A DNA stretch of 32,000 bases, taken from positions 18,090-50,089 of the forward strand of contig CABMCB010000011.1 of assembly GCA_902384455.1 (NCBI GenBank), read 5' to 3'. Below the pieces are notes generated by a model, which ran no database searches, was not told where the DNA came from, and was given only the letters and a program-made list of their open reading frames with translations. The position numbers and the translations under genes are program-made. Source of the stretch: an uncultured archaeon (GTDB taxonomy: Archaea; Altiarchaeota; Altiarchaeia; IMC4; SCGC-AAA252-I15). Below are positions 9,049-15,515 of the stretch, piece after piece; within the stretch, counting starts at the first letter, position 1; every line of letters starts with the position of its first letter.

Positions 9049-9074
9049 CTAAGATACCCTATTTCTTTGCTTGC

Positions 9075-9147
9075 GCGGCTGTAGTGTAGCCTGGTATCAC
9101 TCGAGATTGCCAATCTTGCAACCCGGGTTCAAATCCCGGCAGCCGCA
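9075..9147 (+). tRNA. tRNA-Gly (anticodon GCC), 73 nt, no intron, CCA not encoded
   Basis: Hand-folded cloverleaf. Acceptor stem GCGGCTG/CAGCCGC, D stem GTG(T)/(T)CAC, anticodon stem CGAGA/TCTTG with loop TTGCCAA. T stem CCGGG/CCCGG with loop TTCAAAT, discriminator A. Confidence 0.95.
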
Positions 9148-9169
9148 ACCGAAATAATCCCCCACCTCA

Positions 9170-9201
9170 GACGGAAATATCCGTCCTCTTCTTCGCTTTT
9201 T
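9170..9201 (+). terminator. Stem-loop plus T-run downstream of tRNA-Gly
   Basis: GACGGA-AATA-TCCGTC (9170-9185) is a 6-bp stem with a 4-nt loop. It is followed by a pyrimidine tract ending in TTTTT (9197-9201). Archaeal termination commonly uses oligo-T. Confidence 0.35.
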
Positions 9202-9222
9202 ACCAACACAACCATCCGGGAC

Positions 9223-9230
9223 TTTTAAAG
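9223..9230 (+). promoter_or_regulatory. Candidate TATA box (TTTTAAAG) for sppA; implies a leaderless or very short-leader mRNA
   Basis: The box is centred about 25 nt upstream of the ATG at 9252. No SD-like sequence lies in between. Confidence 0.35.
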
Positions 9231-9251
9231 CAGACGATACAGTAACTTACC

Positions 9252-10280
9252 ATGCGAACAGCAATCAAAGTAGCAATAACACTGGGGATACTCGCCGTAT
9301 TTCTCACCGGAATAATAATCGGCTTAATGATCATCATCCAAAAAGAAACAGGAAAAAAGACAGAACCAACAAGACCCAAACAACTAAGCTTCACAGGCAA
9401 CCCCAACGAAACCGAAGAAACACCCGAACTAAACCTACCCCAAGAACCCCTTTTCCCATTCCTTGAAAGCCGCACCGTCATGGTCATACCCATCCGCGGC
9501 ATGATAACATCCGAAGACTGCGGCGGAGACTTCATCTCAGGCACCCCAACATGCGCAAACCCCAGCTTCCTAAAAGAACGCCTCAAAGAAGCCTCAGACG
9601 ACAACAACATAAAAGCAGTCGTACTAGACATAAACAGCGGCGGAGGCGAAGTAGTCGCAAGCAGAGAAATGATGCGCTCCGTACGAGACTTCGACAAACC
9701 AATAGTCGCCCGAATAGGCGAAATAGGAGCATCAGGCGCATACTACGTCGCCTCAGCATCAGACTACATCATAGCAGACGACGACTCAATAACAGGAAGC
9801 ATCGGCGTAATAATGGAAATACAACAATACTACGGCCTAATGGAAAAACTAGGCTTAAACGTAACAACAATAAAAGCGGGCAAAAACAAGGACAGCGGAA
9901 GCCCCTACCGCCCCATGGAACCAGAGGAAAAAGACAGATTCCAAAGCCTGCTCGACCAAGTACACCAAGACTTCATAAATGACGTAGCCCAAAACAGAGG
10001 ACTAGACAAGGAACAAGTGACTAATCTGGCCACAGGCGACGTCTACTTAGGCAAAGAAGCAGTCGGATTAGGACTAGTTGACGGACTAGGCGGAATGGAC
10101 GAAGCCACACTGAAGGCAGCCGAAATTGCGGGAATCGAGGGCCAGCCCGACGTTGTGGAGCGCCCAAACGACAAGCTTACTTTAGCGGACCTTCTTTCAA
10201 GCATGTCTGCGAACGCAGGCTACGGATTAGGACGCGCCTTGCTTGCGCAGGATACGTCGAAGGCCCAGCTGAAGGTTTAG
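9252..10280 (+). CDS. sppA: Signal peptide peptidase SppA (S49 family, 36K type)
   Basis: 342 aa with an N-terminal TM anchor. S49 motifs are present: VVLDINSGGGEV, GASGAYYVASASDYI (catalytic Ser region) and TIKAGKNKD (catalytic Lys region). Confidence 0.85.
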   Translation: MRTAIKVAITLGILAVFLTGIIIGLMIIIQKETGKKTEPTRPKQLSFTGNPNETEETPELNLPQEPLFPFLESRTVMVIPIRGMITSEDCGGDFISGTPTCANPSFLKERLKEASDDNNIKAVVLDINSGGGEVVASREMMRSVRDFDKPIVARIGEIGASGAYYVASASDYIIADDDSITGSIGVIMEIQQYYGLMEKLGLNVTTIKAGKNKDSGSPYRPMEPEEKDRFQSLLDQVHQDFINDVAQNRGLDKEQVTNLATGDVYLGKEAVGLGLVDGLGGMDEATLKAAEIAGIEGQPDVVERPNDKLTLADLLSSMSANAGYGLGRALLAQDTSKAQLKV

Positions 10281-10316
10281 AGGGCGGGTTTGCCTTGGCG
10301 GGTGCTGTTGCTGCGT

Positions 10317-10323
10317 TTTTAAA
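10317..10323 (+). promoter_or_regulatory. Candidate TATA box (TTTTAAA) for rps17e
   Basis: The box is centred about 27 nt upstream of the ATG at 10347. Confidence 0.35.
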
Positions 10324-10346
10324 CTCTGGGGGCATATTTGTTAGTC

Positions 10347-10541
10347 ATGGGTCGTATTAAAAGCCAGTACCTGAAGCGTGTGGCGGAGGAGCTTGTTGAG
10401 AAGTTTCCTCAGGATTTCACGAAGGATTTCCAGGGCAACAAGGTGAAGGTACAGGAGCACATCACTAAAGTGAATCCCCCAATTCGAAACAAGATTGCGG
10501 GGACTATAACGCGGATTGTGAAGAGGACTCCTGCCGCGTAA
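10347..10541 (+). CDS. rps17e: Ribosomal protein eS17
   Basis: MGRIKSQYLKRVAEELVEKFPQDFTKDFQGNKVKV... is the canonical eS17 N-terminus. The ORF-track start at 10338 is a TTG, and the first ATG is at 10347. Confidence 0.9.
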   Translation: MGRIKSQYLKRVAEELVEKFPQDFTKDFQGNKVKVQEHITKVNPPIRNKIAGTITRIVKRTPAA

Positions 10542-10555
10542 GGCAACACCTGTTT

Positions 10556-11323
10556 TTAGGTTCTGTAGCAGGGTTCTTCGTATATGCATCCTGCGCATTT
10601 TTTGTGGCTTCCGTGTGGGCATACGCCTGAGTCTTTTTTTGTCGTTAGGATGTTTTGAACCGCGTTTATGGACTCTATGACCTGGTTTTTTCTGGCTTCC
10701 GTTATTATTACGGGAGTGAATGTGGCGGACAACGGGTCGTCGAGGTATGATACGGGTGGCGCGTTGGATTTTGCGCAGTTTATGAGTGCGTACGCTGTCG
10801 CCTTGAATATTTCGTTTTCTTTGGGTCTGCCCGCGTCGTTTTCTGCGATTATTACGGGGGCGTAGGGTGTTTGGCGCATGTAGTCGGGGGTCCCTCGTAT
10901 GTTAAGCTGCAAATGATTCAGATTCGGCTCTCTGACTGCGGGAGTAAGGTAATTTGCGGCAACTGAACCTGCTTCTTCCTTAAGGCGCATGAGGGATTGG
11001 GCAAACGCAGGCATTTCAAGTCGCAGTTCGTCTGCCGCCTTTGCTACGGCGTCTTGCGGAGTGCTTTTTAGTTCAGGGTAGCTTCGGGTTTTTTCGACCG
11101 CCAAGCAGAGCGCTTTTTCGCATTCCGGCTGCAGGTCTTGCTCGCGTTTTAGGATGTTTGGGCGTTGAAACGCTAATTCCTTAAGAAGGATGCGGCGGGC
11201 TAACCTTATGTGGTGGACGGGTTTGGGCGCCGGATTAACCTGGAGGATGCTGCGCAGGAAAATTCGTCGGGGGCAGTAGTTGTATTCTGCAATCTGGCTA
11301 ACCGTGATCGCTGCTGAAGTCAT
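10556..11323 (-). CDS. Cas4-like / RecB-family PD-(D/E)XK nuclease with a 4-Cys Fe-S signature; stand-alone, no CRISPR nearby
   Basis: 255 aa. The N-terminal motif is ITVSQIAEYNYCPRRIFL (Cas4 'YxYCPRxxY/F' with Cys17). The C-terminal motif is C243-x2-C246-x5-C252 (CAGCIYEEPC). A motif II-like GTPD147 is followed 14 residues later by E161, then a QhxxY-like KATAYAL. The ATG overlaps the stop of the upstream gene (ATGA at 11320-11323). Confidence 0.6.
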   Translation of the reverse strand: MTSAAITVSQIAEYNYCPRRIFLRSILQVNPAPKPVHHIRLARRILLKELAFQRPNILKREQDLQPECEKALCLAVEKTRSYPELKSTPQDAVAKAADELRLEMPAFAQSLMRLKEEAGSVAANYLTPAVREPNLNHLQLNIRGTPDYMRQTPYAPVIIAENDAGRPKENEIFKATAYALINCAKSNAPPVSYLDDPLSATFTPVIITEARKNQVIESINAVQNILTTKKDSGVCPHGSHKKCAGCIYEEPCYRT

Positions 11324-11751
11324 TTTTGGCGCTCCACATGTTGGGCTACAACTTCTATCTGCCCCCGGTATAATGCCACTGTGCCGACAACCTGCACAGT
11401 CTCGTTAATTGAAGGTTTAATATCCCCAACGAGGTTCAGAGGAACATACACCTCAACTTTCCCCGTATTATCCCTAAGCGTTACCGCAACAGAACCGCCG
11501 TCAAACACATGAACACGCTCTATTCGCCCAACAATCAACAAGTTTTTGTCTAAGTCCGCCGACGATATGTCTGAGATTTGAGCCGTGGGAGGCTTAAGGA
11601 TTGCCCCCGCGTAAGCGAAAAGGATTAAGCCGACTATTGCCGGCAGGAGCGCCCAATGCATGACGTCGTCCATTGCAGACTTTGTTGATTTGACGGTTGA
11701 AAAACAAAAGGAAGGAGGCCGTTTTTGGGCGGTTTTGTAGTATTCCGGCAT
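11320..11751 (-). CDS. Membrane-anchored OB-fold (tRNA_anti-like nucleic-acid-binding) protein
   Basis: A basic N-terminus is followed by one TM (WALLPAIVGLILFAYAGAIL). A roughly 85-aa domain follows, LLIVGRIERVHVFDGGSVAVTLRDNTGKVEVYVP...VQVVGTVALYRGQIEVV, which has the typical OB-fold anticodon-binding-like pattern. The ORF-track start at 11760 is a GTG. The first ATG is at 11751, and ATGs at 11673 and 11661 are also possible starts. Confidence 0.5.
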   Translation of the reverse strand: MPEYYKTAQKRPPSFCFSTVKSTKSAMDDVMHWALLPAIVGLILFAYAGAILKPPTAQISDISSADLDKNLLIVGRIERVHVFDGGSVAVTLRDNTGKVEVYVPLNLVGDIKPSINETVQVVGTVALYRGQIEVVAQHVERQK

Positions 11752-11791
11752 GTTAGGCACTACTTAAGCCTTCAGCGTAAATGCATAACCG

Positions 11792-11974
11792 ATGTTCGTC
11801 CGCACAAAAACAATATCCGGCAGAACCTACTACTACCTCGTTGAAAACAAGAGGATAAACGGCAAAGTACGCCAGAAAGTACTTGAATACATCGGCCCCA
11901 CCGCACCTAAACCTGAAGCTGTAGAGGAGATTAAACGCCGCCAAAAAGGAGCAAAAGCACCCCAAACGGCTTAA
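11792..11974 (+). CDS. Small basic protein (60 aa), unknown function
   Basis: The sequence begins [36 protein letters not shown] and continues into a K/R/P/A-rich tail. Its stop overlaps the stop of convergent rpl40e (11971-11974). The N-terminal pattern resembles N-termini I recall from IS1634-type transposases, at recall level only. Confidence 0.4.
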   Translation: MFVRTKTISGRTYYYLVENKRINGKVRQKVLEYIGPTAPKPEAVEEIKRRQKGAKAPQTA

Positions 11975-12135
11975 CCGCTTGTGGCGCCGGCAGTAACCTT
12001 CTTCTTGTTTTTCCTGCGGATTCTGTTTGGAGCACCGCACTTGCGGCACTTCGTCGCAGCCACAGGATTCTTGGCGTTGCACTTCATGCAAACGCCCTTA
12101 AACAGCCGAACCTCAGCTTCAGGAAAACGAGCCAT
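11971..12135 (-). CDS. rpl40e: Ribosomal protein eL40
   Basis: [46 protein letters not shown] carries the canonical eL40 C-x2-C...C-x2-C zinc ribbon. The real ATG is at 12135. The 86-aa ORF-track version (to 12231) is an upstream extension. Confidence 0.9.
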   Translation of the reverse strand: MARFPEAEVRLFKGVCMKCNAKNPVAATKCRKCGAPNRIRRKNKKKVTAGATSG

Positions 12136-12160
12136 GACTCTAAATACTAAGCAACACCCC

Positions 12161-12168
12161 TTAAAAAG
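12161..12168 (-). promoter_or_regulatory. Candidate TATA box (CTTTTTAA on the minus strand) for rpl40e
   Basis: The box is centred about 30 nt upstream of the ATG at 12135, with no SD between them. Confidence 0.35.
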
Positions 12169-12340
12169 GCAAAACAGAAAAAACCGGCTGCACACAAACT
12201 TGCGCCACACAAGCAACGGAATCCACAACACTATTCACAGGCTGGAACCTAATCAACCTACTGCTCAACATCTAAAGGCCCTAGAACATACGGTTTCTGG
12301 AATTAATGAAGTAATCGATTACGACATATAGGGCCGTTTT

Positions 12341-12511
12341 TTATTTTTGCCAGAACCCGAGACGTTCCCCGTACGCGATGAAAATAAGGATGGCAGATAC
12401 TTGGATAAAAGCCCCCTCCAAACTTGTCGGACCCCCGATTTTGTACGTTAGAAAAGCTACTGCCCCGAAGAATAGAAAAATTTTTAGAATATTCAATTCG
12501 TTCAGAATCAT
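12341..12511 (-). CDS. Possible small membrane protein (56 aa), below the ORF-track cutoff
   Basis: Own translation gives MILNELNILKIFLFFGAVAFLTYKIGGPTSLEGAFIQVSAILIFIAYGERLGFWQK, with two hydrophobic segments. An A/T box (CTATAGTATG, minus strand) lies 16-27 nt upstream. No homology is recognised. Confidence 0.3.
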   Translation of the reverse strand: MILNELNILKIFLFFGAVAFLTYKIGGPTSLEGAFIQVSAILIFIAYGERLGFWQK

Positions 12512-12581
12512 TCTACACGATACATACTATAGCCGCTGAGAGTTAGCGAATGCGGCTTGGTTTCTTTCTTTTTCATTAACG

Positions 12582-12609
12582 TTTTTCTTTCTTTTCAAAG
12601 AAAGAAAAA
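12582..12609 (-). terminator. Perfect A/T-rich inverted repeat immediately 3' of initiator tRNA-Met
   Basis: The plus strand reads TTTTTCTTTCTTT-TC-AAAGAAAGAAAAA, with 13-nt arms. It begins 8 nt downstream of the tRNA 3' end. On the transcribed strand it gives a hairpin flanked by T-runs. Confidence 0.4.
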
Positions 12610-12616
12610 GGTTATT

Positions 12617-12691
12617 TAGCGGGGGGTAGATTTGAACTACCGACCTTCGGGTTATGAGCCCGACGAGCACTCCTGGCTGCTCCACCCCGCT
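12617..12691 (-). tRNA. Initiator tRNA-Met (anticodon CAT), 75 nt, no intron, CCA not encoded
   Basis: The reverse complement is AGCGGGG-TG-GAGC-AGCCAGGAGT-GCTC-G-TCGGG-CTCATAA-CCCGA-AGGTC-GGTAG-TTCAAAT-CTACC-CCCCGCT-A. The A1:U72 pair and three consecutive G:C pairs closing the anticodon stem are archaeal initiator hallmarks. Confidence 0.95.
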
Positions 12692-12806
12692 GTTTGGTTG
12701 GGCTTTTAGTATTGTGGTTGTGCGGTTAAAAAAGGGTTTTTTGCGGGCTGTTTTGGTGGCGACGTCAGTTTTTTTTATGTTACGTCGGTTAATAGGGTAT
12801 GGGGGG

Positions 12807-14732
12807 ATGAAAAGGAGTAGGCGCGCTTCTGGCGGAGGGCAGAAGAGGAGGTTGTGGGAGTATGTTGTTCTCATCCTCCTTTTGGGGGCCGTGTTTTATG
12901 CGCATCCGTTTGGGGAGCAGGAGTTTGGCGGGGGATTCAGGGTCTGCCTTGATTTCATTCAAAAGGGGGAGGGGTTGTATAACCTCCAGCCGTACTGCAG
13001 CCAGACTCCGTTCATCTACTATTACGGATACATCATACGGCAGATAATTGGGGACAGCCTCCTTGATTTTGTTTTGGCGGCGACGACTCTTGTTGCGGAT
13101 GCGGTAGCTTATGTGGTGCTTAGGCGGGTTCTTGAAGCTGAGAAATTGCCTTCAGGGTTCCTGTATGATGCGGCGTTCATCTTGTTCATGGTGACGCCTA
13201 GCGTAAATCAGCTTCCGTCTGCTGCGGCCGCGGCGGCGGTAGCGGCTGCTACGTACGTTTTGTTGTATGGTAAAAGTCGTCGTCGTTTTTTGGTTGGGGG
13301 CGTTCTTTTTTCTGTGGCGACGTTTAGTAAGTATACTGCCGCCGTTCCTTGCGTGGGTTTGGGTTTGTTTTGCCTCTTTAGCGGCGGGCATGTTAAGGTA
13401 AAGCGTAATTATCCTTTTTTTGTTGTTAGTGACGAAGGGCGTTTTTCTTTCGTTTTCAGCCGTTTGTTGTTGCCGACTTTGATTCTTTTTATTTTTTTGC
13501 GGATGGTGTATCCTCATTTTTTGGAGTACACTTTGCTTGCGCACGTGTATAGGGCGCAGCTGACGTCTTGGCAGGCGGTGTTGGAGATGCTTATTATGTA
13601 CAGGAACGCGGTTCCCGCAGTACTTTATGCGGCGGCCGTATTTTACGCGGTAAAAGAGGGTGCGTTAAGGAGCCGGCGCTTGATGTACGCTGTTGTTTCG
13701 GCTGCGGGGCTTCTGCTTTTGATGTACAGCTTCACCCGCGCAACAGGGATGTTCACGCCCCCGATATATTATGCGCTGCCTTACCTCCCTTTCATTGTAG
13801 TAACGCTTGCTGCCGTGCAGGTAAAGTATCCTAAGATGCATGTTCTCTTGTTCATCCTGCTGATTGTTTACCCCACTCTTCAGGTGAGCCCGGTAGACAA
13901 GTACTTGCACAGGGATGAGTCCGCCGACCTTCAGAAATTCCGCGCATTAGCTGACTGGGGATTCCACTTTATTCCGCCGCAGAATGGTCGCGTCTTAATT
14001 GAAGTCAGCGACGACGACTATTTGGATACGTTCTTTGCTACGTTCAACATCACCACCGTTGACAGGAACCAGATTGACACCATATCGCCGAAACAATCCG
14101 TAGGCCATGAAGACCCCGTGTGGGCGCCTAATCTTCGCAGACTGCTTGGGATTCAGTCGACTGACGATAATATTGAGTTGACTGATGCCGAGAAGGACAT
14201 ACGCAAGAAATTGCTCAACGGCACTTACAGCCTTGTCATTTACGGGCCCCCCAGTTGGACTAGCGTAATACGAATTTTGGAGGAGGTTGAGAAAGACGGG
14301 CTTTACTCTACTACAGACCAGATGCACGTATTGCTTGGCATAAAGAACGAGCCGGTGAGTTACTGCGTAGCCATCACCCCCAACTCGTATTACGGGGGGA
14401 CTGGACGTTCCGATTCGACCCTTTTTTTCAGGGAGGATGAGCAATGCCAGAAATTCCTAAACGACGGGCTAATGTATTACGGAGGGCACTTTAACGAAAT
14501 CTGCGCTGAAAGCAAGAAAATCGCGGGCTTAATCCACGATATGTACTGGAGGATTCGCCCCGACATGTATTTCCCCACATGCCCCAGCGGAGGCAAACGC
14601 GAAGTTTGGCTAAGCAAAGACACCCGGCTCATGGAAGGCAGAGACGTCGCCTTGGTGCTTGCGGCCTCCATTGCGTTGTATTTTGCGGTCCACTATGGGG
14701 GAGGCAGCTTGCGCTTCAAAACTCCCCCATAA
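12807..14732 (+). CDS. Large polytopic membrane protein, GT-C-like architecture (possible lipid-linked-sugar-dependent glycosyltransferase)
   Basis: About 10-12 TM helices span the first roughly 400 aa. A soluble domain of about 220 aa follows, then a final TM (VALVLAASIALYFAVHY). The ORF-track start at 12654 lies inside the tRNA gene and is rejected. In-frame ATGs are at 12777 and 12807, and the latter is preceded by GGGGGG. The family call is by architecture only. Confidence 0.45.
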   Translation: MKRSRRASGGGQKRRLWEYVVLILLLGAVFYAHPFGEQEFGGGFRVCLDFIQKGEGLYNLQPYCSQTPFIYYYGYIIRQIIGDSLLDFVLAATTLVADAVAYVVLRRVLEAEKLPSGFLYDAAFILFMVTPSVNQLPSAAAAAAVAAATYVLLYGKSRRRFLVGGVLFSVATFSKYTAAVPCVGLGLFCLFSGGHVKVKRNYPFFVVSDEGRFSFVFSRLLLPTLILFIFLRMVYPHFLEYTLLAHVYRAQLTSWQAVLEMLIMYRNAVPAVLYAAAVFYAVKEGALRSRRLMYAVVSAAGLLLLMYSFTRATGMFTPPIYYALPYLPFIVVTLAAVQVKYPKMHVLLFILLIVYPTLQVSPVDKYLHRDESADLQKFRALADWGFHFIPPQNGRVLIEVSDDDYLDTFFATFNITTVDRNQIDTISPKQSVGHEDPVWAPNLRRLLGIQSTDDNIELTDAEKDIRKKLLNGTYSLVIYGPPSWTSVIRILEEVEKDGLYSTTDQMHVLLGIKNEPVSYCVAITPNSYYGGTGRSDSTLFFREDEQCQKFLNDGLMYYGGHFNEICAESKKIAGLIHDMYWRIRPDMYFPTCPSGGKREVWLSKDTRLMEGRDVALVLAASIALYFAVHYGGGSLRFKTPP

Positions 14733-14736
14733 ATAA
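14729..14736 (+). promoter_or_regulatory. Candidate TATA box (ATAAATAA) for the metallophosphoesterase gene
   Basis: The box is centred about 29 nt upstream of the ATG at 14762. It overlaps the stop codon of the upstream gene. Confidence 0.3.
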
Positions 14737-14761
14737 GGGGGTTCGCATATGTAACCGTAAA

Positions 14762-15442
14762 ATGAAGATTCTCCTCCTGTCTGACATCCACGGCTACTTG
14801 GACGGCATAATACACGCCAGAAACTACTGCGTCAAGGAGCACGTTCACTCAGTCATCCTAATGGGGGACTACAGCGTAGGCATAAAGGAGGCCAGCCAAA
14901 ACAGGGTGGACGCCACATACAGCATTGAGGTCCTTAAGGAAAACGCCAAAATCCTGGCTATACCCGGCAACACAGACCAGATTTCGTTGGTGGACGTGTT
15001 CAAGAAGGAGGGGGTAAACCTGCATGACACTGTCGTGGAAATAGACGGCGTCTCGTTTGTGGGCTTTGGAGGCAGCAACCCCACTCCCTTTAGGACGCCC
15101 ACTGAATTCACTGAGGAAGAGATTAAGCAGCGCATAGGAGCGCATCTAACGCGCCTCAAAAAAGAGGGGAAAACCAAAGTCGTATTGATAGTGCACTTCC
15201 CCCCAAAAGACACCGCCTGCGACAAACTCCCAAACGGCCTACACGTAGGAAGCCAAAGCCTTCGGGCCCTAATCGAGGAGTATCAGCCGGCAGCCTGCTT
15301 CGTAGGCCATATACATGAGGCTGGTGGGACTTTCGATAAGATTGGCGGAACAATAGTCCACAACGTGGGGAAACTCGACTTAGGCGGGGCTTCCGTCTTT
15401 GACACCCAAACTTTGATTGCGACGCCTGCGAGCATAGAGTGA
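14762..15442 (+). CDS. Calcineurin-like metallophosphoesterase
   Basis: 226 aa starting from MKILLLSDIHGY. The motifs D-x-H (SDIHG), GD (LMGDY), GN-x-D (PGNTD), H (IVHFPP) and GH-x-H (VGHIHE) occur in canonical order. The ORF-track start at 14579 is an upstream extension overlapping the previous gene. Confidence 0.8.
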   Translation: MKILLLSDIHGYLDGIIHARNYCVKEHVHSVILMGDYSVGIKEASQNRVDATYSIEVLKENAKILAIPGNTDQISLVDVFKKEGVNLHDTVVEIDGVSFVGFGGSNPTPFRTPTEFTEEEIKQRIGAHLTRLKKEGKTKVVLIVHFPPKDTACDKLPNGLHVGSQSLRALIEEYQPAACFVGHIHEAGGTFDKIGGTIVHNVGKLDLGGASVFDTQTLIATPASIE

Positions 15443-15515
15443 TAGCGCCTCGCGCCTCCGCTTTTTAATGGGGAAAAAACATACTTAATGGGAGGGCAAA
15501 CGGGGTAGCAAAAAC

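Noticed and set aside
10556-11323. Possible CRISPR-Cas locus, because of the Cas4-like gene.
   Set aside because: No direct-repeat/spacer array and no cas1, cas2 or effector genes are visible anywhere in the 32 kb. The flanks are ribosomal protein and tRNA genes. It is treated as a stand-alone Cas4-family nuclease.
9075-12691. A mobile element or genomic island integrated at tRNA-Gly or tRNA-iMet.
   Set aside because: I found no duplicated copy of either tRNA 3' half; the only hit, TTCAAATCC at about 17380, is a 9-10-nt chance match. There is no integrase or transposase. The genes between and beside the tRNAs are core genes (sppA, rps17e, rpl40e).
12654-12806. The ORF-track start of the 692-aa protein at 12654. 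The antisense ORF 12527..12874 is a related case.
   Set aside because: Both overlap the initiator tRNA-Met gene (12617-12691). The N-terminal 40-50 residues are not protein-like. In-frame ATGs at 12777 and 12807 give a normal basic N-terminus followed by a TM.
13205-13250. A GC-rich GCGGCx run that looked like a tandem repeat.
   Set aside because: It encodes an Ala-rich TM segment (SAAAAAVAAATYVLL) of the membrane protein. It is low-complexity coding sequence, not a structured repeat.
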